From assembly GCA_002104945.1 (NCBI GenBank), contig MCFH01000041.1, forward strand, positions 124,001 to 188,000: a stretch of 64,000 nucleotides of DNA, given 5' to 3'. Each line of letters starts with the position of its first letter. The stretch's first letter is position 1. The notes beneath the pieces are model-generated. The model was given only the letters and a program-made list of their open reading frames with translations, made no database searches and was not told where the DNA came from. This document shows positions 46,778 to 60,995 of the stretch, in pieces. The translations under genes and the position numbers were made by a program. The stretch comes from Piromyces finnis finn (Eukaryota; Fungi; Neocallimastigomycota).

Positions 46778-47218
46778 TTTACTGTAAAATTACTTTGTAA
46801 TATAAAACCGCTTTTCCAAATGTATCGATTTTATTTATTTAAATATTAATAATATCAAAATATTAAAGGTATAAATAAGTTAAAAGATATTTAATATATC
46901 TATTTATTTATTTCATTATATTTTGATTTTATTATATAAATAAATAAAATATAAAATATAGAAAACAACAAAATTATAATAAAAAAAAAAAGTATAAATT
47001 TTAATTGTTTAATAAATATTATAATTAAAATTACCTATTAATAAAATTTTTTTTATTTTGAAAGTTAAAATTATATAAATAGTTGTCATTATTATTTTAT
47101 GCAAATAAAATAAACTATTTTATATCATTATTGATATATTGATATAATGTATAAAAAATACTTTATAAATCTTCCACTTATTACTTTTATTAATTATAAA
47201 TCAATCTATGTAAACCAA

Positions 47219-47249
<31 letters not shown>

Positions 47250-48436
47250 TTTTAGGATAAACAATAATAAAGCTATCAAGAAAATCCATATTAAAGAAAC
47301 AATTTTTGAAAGCTTTTTTTTAATCTATATATTAATATATAAAAGTTATAATTATTAAAATTAAAAATAAATTACAAGGTATTTATTATTTACAAAGATA
47401 TGTATCGATACAATATGAAAATATTATATTCACTTTGTATTTAAATAGAGTATTATACTATAATACTATATAAACATATTTCTATTAACACATAAACATT
47501 AACAAATTTGAATGTATATTAAATAAAAAAAAAATCAAAACTTTTTTCTTTTTTACTTTAAACTTTTAGTTATTAAAATTATTATCTTTTTGATCTTCTT
47601 AGTATGTTTTTTTGTAATTTTTAACGAAAATATATTAGTTTTTAAGTAAAATTTAATTATATTATATCAAATCATTTATTAATATGATTGTAAAGTTTTT
47701 GTTATCGTTAAATAACAGATTTTTTTTTTTGTTATATGTTATAAAAGATGTTACTATTTTAATAAGTATATGAAAGATATAATTTTATAACTAACTTTAT
47801 CATTTATCATAATAAAATTATTTATTCAAATAATATGATTATTTGTAAATTGATTATACTTTGTCTTCCAATTAAAAAGATTTTTTATTATTCTGTAATA
47901 GTATAATTGAGAATTGGTTACAAGTAACAATTTTAATATCAAATTAAATTTCATATAATTAAAATGTTCAATACTATTAATTTAATTATAAAATAGATTA
48001 TTATATATAATTTATTAAATTTATAAATTTTAATAATAAAATTTTTATCATTAGTTTAGTGATGAAAGAAATGAAATAAAGAAAAAGAAGTTTATAATTA
48101 GTCATTAATTATTATTCATATTCCATATGTTTAATTATAATAAATTTAAAATTTTTGTAATACTAATTGAAAATAAAAAAGTAAATTATTAATTGTAATA
48201 ATCATTAAAAATAAAAGTTTCTTAATTATAGATTTAGTTTTTTTTTTTTTTTTTTATATTTTATAACTTTGAAATTAATATATATATTTTTTTTCTTTTC
48301 TTTTTTATTTTTTTAATTATTTATTTCTTTCTTTATTTTTTTTGTTTAATAATAAATTAATTTAATTATAGAAATTGAAAATAAGAAAAATTTTAGTTTT
48401 TGCATAGGTCAATTTAAAAATTGAATTAAACCTATA

Positions 48437-50687
48437 ATGGAAAATAATAAACCACATATTGATACTACGCAAGTTGCAATAAGTGTCAGCATTGACACAC
48501 CAAAATCATCAGCAGCTTTATCACCTTTACCGAATGTACCAACATTTATAAAACTTTTTGGAAAACCAGAAACAAAAGAAGATAAAGATAATGATTGGGA
48601 TGATAAAATTGATGGAAATAAAAAATCAGAGGTACTAGATATTATTGATGCTTCTGATGAAGGTAATTTAATATAACTCATTTCTTTTTTTTTATTATCA
48701 TTATTATTATAATCTTATATAAATAAATATTAAAAGTTTGTATTATAGAAAATTTGACTTTTCGTTTCAATCTTTTTATAAAATTATAAAATGTAATCTT
48801 AATACCGTTATTCTTATTTTTTAATATTTTAAAATATTTATACATATATTAATAGATCCATTTACATTGGAATCATTCATATCACTTATTATGTTATATG
48901 TCAAGAATAAAAAAGATTTTATTATTTCTAGAGTTAAAACAGCTGATCCAAATGATGAAAATAAATTTTATTATTCATATTATGCAGCGCATCATATTAA
49001 TAAAGTTATTTTTAGAACTCAACCAGAACAATCACTTCTTCATAGAATGAGAGCAAAAAATGTAAATATTTAAATATAATGAAATATTAATTACATAATA
49101 ACTAAAATTAATAAAGATTTTTAAAAAAAAAATAAATATATATATATTTTATATATACATAAAAAATATACTTTAAATACCATAATTTAATTTACATGAT
49201 GGATGGATTTTTTTCGGTCATATTAAAAGCCATTAAATAATATGACAATTGTTGACGATGTATATTACTATGTAGTAAAACATGAAGATGCCAAAAAAGT
49301 TATTGAGAATATTAAGAATAAGCTAAAAATTAAAGACGAAGATATCAAACAAAAACCTCCTGTTAGTCCATTATTTATAACACCATTACAAGAAATCCCT
49401 GAAGAAAATGGTGAAAAACCATCCACAAATGGAAGAAATCATATTAGATCAAAGTCATCACCAATACAATTTGTCTCTAATATATCGAACCGTGCTCCAA
49501 GAAGTATTCAACGTTTACTTGTGAGAACCGGTATGGCACCACTTCAAGCTTATCCTGAATTAATGACTCGTAATAATCTTCGTTTAATTATGAAACCTGA
49601 AGGTTTAGAACCAGATCCAATCATGAATTCAGCAACAGTAGATAATGATGAATTCAATAGTGATGATTTGTATGAAAAAGCACTTAATAAAAATAAAATA
49701 TTTACAAAAATCAGAAATACTCTTGGAAAAAAAGAGGAAACACCGAAACTCGAGGTTATTCATGAAGTCTTTAGCTCATCAGTTGGTTTATTAGAAAAAG
49801 CTGAAGGAAATGATGATATAAATGATGAAAACAAATCAACTTGTGATACACCTATATCAAAACAAGACACCTCATATACTACACCAAGTATAGTAATATC
49901 AGATGATGATGATAAATCAAAGGTAAATAGTGATAAGATGAATGACAGTTATAGCCAATATGTCATTGATTTAGGCAATTCTATGATGAAGAATGAGAAA
50001 TCAACTTCACCAAAATCTGCTATTTCTTCCTTCCCATATCCAGCCTATTCTAATCATTTATTAAAAGTTCAAACAAATTCCTACTTAAATGATAGAGATA
50101 ATAAATTAAGTGTTTATGACTGGATAAAGGTGCATTCTACATCACCACTTAGTGCTAATAATGAAAATTTCAATAAATTATTTAAAAATTCAAATGAAAA
50201 TGATCGTTCTTCCAACATTACAGATGATACCAAAAATACAGACACAACAATTAATATAGATACTGATGGAGAGAGTAATGCTGATACTTTATTAAATTCA
50301 ATAAAAGAAATAATTTTTGAAGCAAAATTTTATGCTACCGATGATGATTTCTTAATGAAATCAAATGTAAGAGCCTATTTCAAGCACAATGCATTAGAAC
50401 CAGATGATGCGGTACTTTTCACTCTCCCATCGCTAGACAATGTTATTATGTTAGATGGAGAACAACATCCAGCATTAGCAAATTTCAATTATGTATTAGA
50501 TCGTCAAATGCAAAATGAAGCAAGGGTATTGCGTAAAATTAATAAGAGTTTAAAATGGCTCTTATTAGCCTATTTAATTTTTGCTTTTGTTTTAATAAAG
50601 GTATGGGTACCAACAAATATTGTTGTAATCATAATTGCTATTGGTATCTTTTTAATTTGTTTCTTCCTTATGATATGTGCTATATAA
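48437..50687 (+). CDS. Uncharacterised protein (about 629 aa, 3 exons) with a folded-looking N-terminal domain and two C-terminal TM segments
   Basis: Exons 48437-48662, 48856-49061 and 49230-50687. Core DPFTLESF...KDFIISRVKTADP...YYSYYAAHHINKVIFR...LHRMRAKNPLNNMTIVDDVYYY. From memory it resembles DUF5092-type proteins (unverified). Hydrophobic C-terminus WLLLAYLIFAFVLIKVWVPTNIVVIIIAIGIFLICFFLMICAI. Confidence 0.8.
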
Positions 50688-51855
50688 GTAATAAATCATG
50701 TAAGGTTTAATAATAAAAATATCAGTATTAATAAATAAAAATTATATTTTTTATTTTATTCATAATAATATCATAAATTAATTTTTACGTTTTTTCTTTT
50801 AAATATATCAAAGAAAAAAATAATAATTTATACATCTATAAATCTATAATAAAAAAAAATACTTTGTAGATTATAAATCTATTTTTTCACTATAAAAATT
50901 GTTGAAAGGAAAGTGATTTTATTTAAAGTGACAATATTAAAGTAATAAAATATAAAAAGAATTAGAAACAATGATGGGATTAACAAAGAAAAAACAATAA
51001 TCTATAATTAATTATATGAATTAGTAGAACCTATATTAAGATACTTCAAAATTTTTTATAGAATAATTACAATTTCATTAAAATAAGTGCGAAAAAAAAA
51101 AAACTCTTAGAAATAAAATTTTAATAAACTTAATATTAATATTTTTTATACTTAAAAGTTAATTAACTTGGATTGTGGCAGTTATTTTCTATAATCTTTT
51201 TTTTTTCTTCATACTGAAATATCTTTGATTTATTATAATACTTTAATTATAAAATACAATATTTAAACTTTTGTATTCATAACTATTAATATAAATTTTT
51301 AGAGTAATAACATTAAATTGTTAAAAATAAAGTTTATAAAAGTAACAATAATAATAATAATATTTTAGACTACTACTATTTAATCTATTAAACTAATAAA
51401 TTATTTAATAATCATTAAATCATTATAATAGTTAGTAATTATAATAAAAATTTTATTTTCATTTAAAAATTTATATGGAATATTATCTTTTTTTTTTTGT
51501 AAAATATAATAATTTAAGTTTTATATAGGTTTTATATAGATTTTAGTTTTTTTTTGACATTGTTGAATTTTTTTTTTAATAAATTTTTTTTATAAAGTGA
51601 GATATTTTAAATTCTAACCCTTTATTAAAAAACATTTAAATAACATAAGAATAAAAGTAATAAACCATTTTTTAAACTATTATATTTTATTATATTATAG
51701 AAAAAGTATTACATTATTACAATATAAATAATAAACAAAGTAATTAATTTGTTATATCATATTTATTCTTCTTATTTATATAATATACTAAAATAAAAAA
51801 AAAGAATACATATATATATATTAAGAAAAATATAATAAATAAAAAAAATTTCAAA

Positions 51856-53465
51856 ATGCTTTCTGGTAAATATACAAATACATAATATATTATTAAATAT
51901 ATTATATATTCAAATATGTAATTCTTGTAGACATTATTATTAATAATTATTATAATTGAATTTATTATGGATAGCTTCCAATGATTACAATATTATTATT
52001 CCAATGAAGGGGAAAGATAATGATAATAATAAAGACAAGGTACTAATCTTTAATATAATAAAAAAAAACCCTTTAAAATATATCATATATATTAATATAT
52101 ATATATAATATTTTAAAAAAGTATGTTCCTCCAAAAGAATTTAGAACTATTTACAAGGGTACCTATAGTCAACCACTTCAAAGAATGTGGAGAATAATTT
52201 ATGATGATGGTAGATTACCAATAGAAGAAAGAGAAACTTTTTTGGAAGAATATACATTAAAAGGGAAAACAGGTTAATTAACAAATTAGCGTAATATATT
52301 ATCTAATTATCTATTTATATCTCTATTTAATAAGATTAACTTATAATAAATTTTTGTATCCTTAAGATTTTAACTGTACTGATTGGTATTCACCAGATAA
52401 TACTGAACATACAGATTGTTATCATCCTGATTGTATTAAACCAGGATGGAAAAGAAATATTAGTTATATTATGGATATTAATTCACCAATTGGACCAAAA
52501 CATACTAGAACTTCTGCTGAAGAAGAGATTCAAGTTTTTGAACCAAAAAAGTAAAAAAAAAAAAAAAAAAAAAAATTATTTTTAATATATATTTTTCCTA
52601 AAAAAAATTTTATTAAATTTTATAATTTTAATTTTTTATAGAATAATTTTCCAAAGTACTTCTTCAACTCCAGATGTTCCTTATGGCTCTTCCTTCAATA
52701 CCATTATAATTCAATGTCTTTATGAGGATGAAGAAACTCATGAAACTAGTTTTGAAGTCTATGGTTATATTCATTGGACTGGAAGTTGCGTTATAAAAAG
52801 TACTTGAACTTTAATTTTTTCAATATATTATATATTATATATATTTAAATTTAATTATAATTGTTTATTTTTAATATAATTTATTATTATTATTATTTAT
52901 TGTTATCATAAAAGAAAGTGTTGAAAAGTTTGCGTTCAGTGGAATGACGGATCATCAGAAGGAAATGGACGAAGCTCTTAAAAATTACATTAAAGAAAAT
53001 CCAAATCCAAAATATAGTGAAAACACTACAAAGCATATAACTTCTCCGATACTTTCTAATTCTCAACCCTTAGAATGTCTTGAAAATGATCAAACATTTT
53101 TAAACTTTTCTGTTTTAGTAGATATTAATGATGATTCTCAAAATACATTATTACATGATCTCTCCAACAATGAAGATATGACCACCTTAAATAATAATCT
53201 AGTTTATGATAATATATTAGAAAAAAAAGAAAAAGAGTTAGAAAAAAAAGGATATTTAAATAAAGATATCTATTGTTCCTCATTAGCAAATACATTTAAT
53301 ACATCCTTCCTTAATATTTCTGAATTTTCTGTATTTAAAGAAAAAACCACAAAATTAAAACATAAGTCTGATAAATTCTCTGAAAGTATAAAGTGGATAT
53401 TTTCAATAGTAATGTTAATTATATTCTTTATTTTAACCTTTAAAGTAAAAATTTATGAATATTAG
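51856..53465 (+). CDS. VASt (StARkin) sterol-transfer domain protein with C-terminal TM anchor (Lam/Ltc/GRAMD1-like), about 372 aa, 6 exons
   Basis: Exons 51856-51865, 51975-52039, 52122-52272, 52367-52550, 52642-52799 and 52915-53465 are phase-consistent. Contains RNISYIMDINSPIGPKHTRT, STPDVPYGSSF, IHWTGSCVIKKSVEKFAFSG and TM WIFSIVMLIIFFILTF. The first micro-exon is tentative; an alternative ATG lies at 52004. Confidence 0.85.
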
Positions 53466-54598
53466 AATAGGATTGTATTATACAATAATATTAATGTATT
53501 AACGAAAATCAAAAATATATGGATATATATAATTATTAATAGATTATTTAAATATTAAAAAAAAGTTAATATTTATCATAATCACTCAATTGTTGTTTTT
53601 TCAAATAATTAAATATATAAAAATATAAAAATAAAACATAAAATACAAATATATTATAAATATATTAAATAAAATAAAAAATAAAATAAAAATAAAATAA
53701 TAGGTTTTATTAAAATAAATATATAACATATTTAATATTTAATGAATGAATAATTCATAACTTTTTTAAGTAATTCAGTAAAACTTTTTTTCTTTAACTG
53801 TAATTGACATTTAACAATAATAATAAGTAAATATAGCATTTTTTATATTATTTTTTTGTTTTTTTTATTTTATTGATATTATATTGTTAAAAAATATAAA
53901 AAAAAAAAAAAAAAAAAAAAACTGTATGAATATTACTGTATAAATATTTCTATATAAATTATTTATTTTAATTTATTTTAAAGATATATTATTATTAAAA
54001 GTAAAATAACTAATTGTACCTTTTTTTTTTTTTTTTAATATTATTATTATTCAATTAATATAATACAAACATTTTTTATCATAAAATTTTTAAAATAAAA
54101 TTAAATTAACAATATTTCAATAATAGTAATAATAATAATAATAATTAAAATAAAAAATAATGGATCCCTAAAATTCATAACACTTTTCGAATAGGTGATG
54201 TAATTGTTTTCTTCTTTTCATTTTTACATATATTAAATATTATTGATATATTTTTAATAGATATGGTGTGATTAAAATAAAATGTATAATAATTAAATAT
54301 AGTTAATAATAGTGACGATTTTTTGTCTTTATATATATATTTGTATTATTAATTGTATTGTTTATTAATTATTGTTTATTTTATATTATGGTATGAATGA
54401 CGCTTTTTAAAATATAGATTATGTATTTTTGTTTATAATATCCTTATATTGTTTATAAATAGTATATACGAACTTTTAAGAAATATAAACTTTAACATTA
54501 TATTAATTTAATACTAATTGAACATATTTACTCTGAACTATATATTATGTTTTTATTTGACATTTAATTTTACGTTTGAATAATTTTTTCTTTTTATT

Positions 54599-55689
54599 TT
54601 AAAATTGAAAATCTTCTTCATTAATTGTGTTATCACTATTTGTACTACATTCACATTCATGAAGACGGATAAAGCCTTTTTCTTTTAAATTTGGAGTATT
54701 AGGTATTGAAGAAGATGAATCGATTTCTATTTCATTGAGATCTTTTGATATATCTGACATGAAAGAATCTTCACCTTCATCATTAATTGTATTACTATCA
54801 ATGTCTGCATCAGTTTCCCCATCACTATCTTCACTAGTAACGACGCTAGTGTCATCATCTGAAAATTCAATCATATCTTCCACTATTTCTAGTTCATCAA
54901 TATTATAATCTTCAATTTCCCATAAACCTTTCTGTGATGGTTGGTCTGGACTATCTGCAGTAAATAATAAATCTTTTTTCTTATTTTCTTCATAATTTTG
55001 TGAAACTAAAGCTGTCCACACTTTACCATCATAAAAAACTTGTTCACCCTTTGTAATATAACGGCAATAGGGTGACCATTTTGAAATTAAAACACGTTTA
55101 GATACTACTTTAGAGACTCTTGATATGATTAAAATGTAATATTCATTTGTGATATCTGGTGTTTTATTTTCTTCAGATAATACATCTTGAATAACCTTGT
55201 AATATTGACGATTATAACATACTAAATCTCCAACTTGATATTTACAATTTTCTTTCCAATTAGTACTCTTACTGTAATCATATGTATTATTATCAAAACA
55301 ATACTATTAAAATTTTATTAGTATAAATAATGAGCATCTTCTACATTTAATAGTTCATTTTTTTCATTACTATTACTATCATATATACATATATTTTTAT
55401 TTTTTTTTATTTTTTTTTTAATTAAATTCTATATACAAAAAATGTTATTTATTATACTTACAGAAGATTTTGGATTTAATCTTACAATTTCACTTTTTAA
55501 TGTATAACAATCAAGTGAAGATAAATTATGAACAAAGTGATGATTGTGTTGTGATTGAAGGCTTTCGTGTGAGGAGGATAAAAAAGGATATGAATTATCC
55601 AAAATGACAGAATTATCTTTTTTTAAAAATAATTTATTCTGCTGTAAGGCAGTTCTTGTATTACAATTTGTAGTTGCTAAAATAGGCAT
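54599..55689 (-). CDS. Protein with two tandem CBM5/12 (chitin-binding type 3)-like modules and acidic tail, about 310 aa, 2 exons
   Basis: Exon 1 (55689-55462, GTAAGT donor) and exon 2 (55303-54599). Modules WKENCKYQVGDLVCYNRQYYKVIQD and WSPYCRYITKGEQVFYDGKVWTALVS...PSQKGLW fit W..xxxY..GD.V.Y.G..Y/W. Confidence 0.72.
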
Positions 55690-58600
55690 TATTGTTAAAT
55701 ATGATTTTTTATTTAATATTTTTTGCAAATATTTTAAAGTTAAATTATACTAATGAAATTATAATAATTGTAAAGAAATAAAAATTATCAGTTATATTTT
55801 GTTGTATTATTATTTATATTTAAAAATAAAAAATAAAAAAAAAAAAAAAAAAAAAAAGTAAAAGAAAAATATTAAATTAATACAAAAATATATCAATAAA
55901 TTTACATTTTTTTTATTCGACATTTATATTATAGTAATCCTTTAATTTATTTAATAAATAAAAACAATGAAAACTCATTTTGTAAATATTAATTATAATT
56001 ATTATATATAGATATATAAAGAAACTATTTTTAGAAATTATTATATATATTGTTTTATTAATTATATATAAAATTAAATATATTCTAATTGAATATATAA
56101 AAAAATAAAAAAATCCAATTTAATAAATTTATACTACTTATTGAATTTCCCATATAGAAATAAATTCACATTCTATTAAATTTATAGGATTGGTTTATAT
56201 AAAAAAACATTTACCTTTTACTTTTTTAAATGGTAATTTAATATATTCTCGGAATAGAAAGTTAACACACTTATTTAAATATATTCTGATTAAAGTGATA
56301 AAAAATTCAAATTTTCTTTTAAAGTTTTATAAATATAATGAAATGGTTTTTTTTTAAAAAAAAAAAAAGTCTAAAAATTACTTTTTTTTTTTTTTTATCA
56401 AATCAGATTATCACAAATATTACTTTTATAAAATTATCTCATTTATATTATAAATTATTACTTTTTATAGTTTTATAAATATGATATTATTAGGATATAA
56501 CTTTAAAATGTTGTATATTAATATACTAAAAAATAAAAAAATCTAACACTACTTTTTGTAAAATTTTCTAATAAAAAAAAAATAATTATTATAATAATAC
56601 TAATACTAATATTAAATATTTTTTAAAAAAAAAGATTATTTTTTAAAAATAATAATAAAAAAGAAAATGATTTTTTTTAATATTTTTTTTCATTCTTAAA
56701 CATCATTAGTTAATTTAAAATTTAAATTAGTCTATATATTATCAATATATTGTTTATATATTAATCCGGAATTCTAAAACTTTAATTTTTTAATATTATT
56801 TCATTCTTATGATTTTACTACATGACCTATATATTAATAATGTATTGTAATATGATAAACAATTTATATTCAATTTATTTGTTAAATAATTTTATTAATT
56901 AAAATAATAAATTTAAAAAAATTTTAAAAAATTTAAAAGTAAAATAGGAAATATTTTAGATTTTAATAAAGACTTTTACAAATACTAAAAACGTTTATTT
57001 TGATCCTAATGGTAATATCATTATTTTCTCTTTTTTCTTTCATTTCATGCCAATGTAGTTATTATTAGATATATTTAAAATATTTTATATTTTATATTGT
57101 AAAGGATTAATATAGTAAATTTAGATTTAATATTTTAAATTGTTAATTTTAAATATTCTTAATTTTCAATTACCTAAGTATTTAAATATAGATTTTAACT
57201 TAATAATTGTTCAAATGCAAATCGGTGAAGTTAAAATAATTTTTACTTTTGAATAATTATATTTATTATAAAGAATAATCATAACAATTAATATCATATT
57301 TAATAAAAAAAAAAAAAGATAAAGTTAAACATGAAGAATTAAACGATGCCACTTTAAATATAACATTTTCCTTAATAAAAAGCAATAAACAGTCTACAAA
57401 ATATATCACTAATATTATTTTATTTTTATTATAAGAAAATACTATATTCCTCAAGAATTAGCTAAAAATTGGCATTTATAAATCATATATATGATTGTAA
57501 ATGCAATCTTTTTAAAGGACAATTAATTATAATTAAAATTGTTTAAAATTTTTTCCATTTAAATTTTAAATATTTTAATTTAGTAATAAATATTAAATTC
57601 ATAATATTATTTTTTATATTCTTATTCATTATTTTTTGTTTAATTCATTTTCTTTTTTTTTATTTATTATTCTGGTACAACTGCAGTAATAATTATTAAT
57701 TATTTAATATTAACACTTAAATACACATTATTAATATGGATATTAAATCTCTATCAATTTAAATAAATTTGGATTAATATATCACTTTTAAATATCCCAT
57801 TATTTAAAATAAAATGACATGAAATATCAACTTCATCTTTAGCAAGATTTATATTTATATAATAATAAAAAAAGTCAACTTCTCATCATCAATCAATTTT
57901 TTTAATCAATTATTTCAAAACTTTATTTTTAATATGGACCAATAATATGTAAATGTTTTAAAATTTTTTTCTTATTTTTAAAAATAAGACTTTTTTTTTT
58001 GGAATATAATTAATAATTAATGTATACAACATGTAAATAAATACATTATTTTACATTATTTTATAATTTGACATTTAAAAATTTGAAATAAAATAAAATT
58101 AAAATGAGGTATAGGATAATTTTAGGATAGAGTAATGATACTGGAATCTATAATAATTCATAATAATTGTTATACAGTATAATATAATGATAATAATGAT
58201 AATTAATTTCTATCAACTATTATTTTATATAAAAATAGTGAATTTACAAATTTACATTAATATCCATAATTTAAATATTATGCCTCAAAATCATAAAAGA
58301 TGTATTTGTTCATATATTAATATTTTATATATTTAAAAGAATTCCTAGTACATTCTTTATAATCTTATGTTTTATTTAAATATATAAAATATTAATATAT
58401 GAACAAAGATTATAAAAAATGTAATAGGAATTCTTTTTTATTCACAGAGTCTTTTGCTATAATTACACCACTAAAACTTTTTTAAATATATCTATTTAGA
58501 AATCATTTTATGAAATCATATTAACAATAAAAATAAGATGTCTATATTAAATATGAAAATATTAATCAAACAATCTTATTCTATAGATAATTTTTGATGC

Positions 58601-59354
58601 ATATATATATATATATACATATTTACTTTATAAAAAATTAGATTGCATACTTTAATAAAATTTTAGTAATAAAAAAAGATTCTATTTAATAAACATTTTT
58701 GATATTTCTGTATAAAATATTTATATATAAAAATCTTACTATTTAGAAATTTGAATGGTATCAAATCATATTCTTTAAAATTTAATAAATAGAAAATTTT
58801 CTAATAATTTTATTTCTAAATAATTTGAATTAAAATTTCCATTAATAGAAATATAAACATGTTACACAAAATTAACAAAGTTTTAAAAATTTTTTTAAAT
58901 TTTTTAATATGAAGTAAAAGATCTTAGTAAAGAAGAAGAAAAATGATTATTTAAAAAAGAGATATTGTAAAAAAAAAAAAAAAAGATGAATATAATTATG
59001 TAACAAAGGAATTTTTATATGATAAATATTTTATTATTTAAGGATTATTTATTAAGATTAAACAAATTTTAAATACTAATAAAGAAGTTAGGGCTAAAAT
59101 AAAATCATTATATTTAAATATTATTTTGTTAAATTAAAATAATTTAACCCAATATATTAAATCTATAATAATTTTAAATTCTCGATTTGACTAATTATAT
59201 TAAATTTTTAAATGTAAAAAAAATATAATATATTAATATATAATATGTAAATTAATACCTATACATAAAGTGTAAATGAATTATAATATACATATATTAC
59301 AATAGAGTTTATCAATCCCAAATTATTCAAATATCTATTATTTAATTTTATTTA

Positions 59355-59385
<31 letters not shown>

Positions 59386-59708
59386 CTAATTTTTTTTTTT
59401 TCTATTTATCTTTTCAGACAACTATGAAGTTTTAATTTTATTTTTTTTTGTAATTTGAAATTAAGATTTTAAAAAAAATAAGAAACAGAAATCTTTAATA
59501 AATTTTATGTGTTTATTTATATTTTCTTTTTATATAAATAAAGGCAAAACAAAATTTCAAAAAATAAAAAATACAATTAATAAATAAATAAATATATTTA
59601 TTAATATATTCTCATTAAATAATTACTAATAATTATTTCAAATATCCAAAGCAATTTTTTTTTTTAAAAAAAAAATAATACAATTAATAAATTAATCAAT
59701 AGTAAATA

Positions 59709-60939
59709 ATGGCACCAACATTTTTAAAAGGTAATCTTTATCAAAACAGTAACTTAATATAAAATTTTAAATTTTTTATTTTTATACTGAAATGACAATA
59801 ATTTAAAAAATAATTGAAAAAGTATTATGATTATAAAAACGAAAATTGTTCAGATAAATTGAAAAAATTAAAAGGGAGAGAATATAAAAAAAATTTAATT
59901 ACATTAAAATGTGCAATATGAACCATGAAACCCTATAAATGTTTCTTAAATTATTCATATATATATTTTTACTCTAATAATAACATTCAAAAAAAATTGC
60001 ATTGGCTAATTATAATTGTGTATATACAACAATTATACCACTACATATATAATGATATAATTATGTTTATTAAAAATTAAAATAATTATGAAATTTTAGG
60101 AAAATTTAATCATAAATTTCTATTATTATTAATCATATTGATTAACAAATTATTATGAATTGTTATAATTAATAAAATAGACACACCAGAACTTATGGAA
60201 CTAACCATAGGTGAATCAATGAAGACAAGAACAAATAATATAGGTATTGAGTTATTATAATTGATATAAAAATGATTAATTCATTGAGTATAATAAGACT
60301 AATTTTTAATAATTTATTATATATTATAAAGATAAAATTAGTGAATTAGGTCCACCAGATTTATGTTATATTTTAAAAACAAACAATAAAATTAATGCCA
60401 ATGTAAATAAATTATTAAATTACTTTTTTAAAAGAAATTTAGAATTTTAAAATTAATATATTTCTTTTATAGGAAAGTTCATACCATTATATTTTAGGTA
60501 TTAATGCAAGGTAAATAATAAATTACATGTAATATGTGATTTTCAAATATATAGAATTAGAGGATTTAAACTAATATATTAATATATGATTAATTAAATA
60601 ATTCAACCAAACAATAAAAATAACATTAAAGTTCTTCTGCTTCTTTAGCGACGTATATTAACAAATTAATAAATTCAGTAGTAGGTTTATTTTAGTAATT
60701 ATAATTATAAAACATTTAAATTTATATTAATAAAATAACTTTTATAAAGGAAAATAAAACTAGTTCATGGCTTCCTCTTTCAAGTTGGAAAATTACAAAT
60801 GGTATATACTGTTGCTATAATATTTTCTCCAAAGTAGATATTCGTGTTGAAGTTCAAATTCCAGGATGTGTTGTTAGTTATTTAATTGACTCATCAAAAA
60901 AAAGGTACTATTAAATAAATTAATAATAATATTATTATG

Positions 60940-60995
<56 letters not shown>

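Noticed and set aside
47402-47413. 12-bp palindrome tgtatcgataca in the divergent promoter
   Set aside because: Single occurrence; plausible by chance in 64 kb of AT-rich DNA.
52356-52366. GTATCCTT, the U12-type 5' splice consensus
   Set aside because: Lies at the 3' end of an ordinary GTTAAT...AAG intron; using it as a donor would not fit the exon structure. No AT-AC or U12 intron was found among those traced.
57671-57770. SGTTAV (PP2C-like) and HIINMDIK (kinase-like) micro-motifs
   Set aside because: Isolated, in different frames, surrounded by stops, with no accompanying family motifs.
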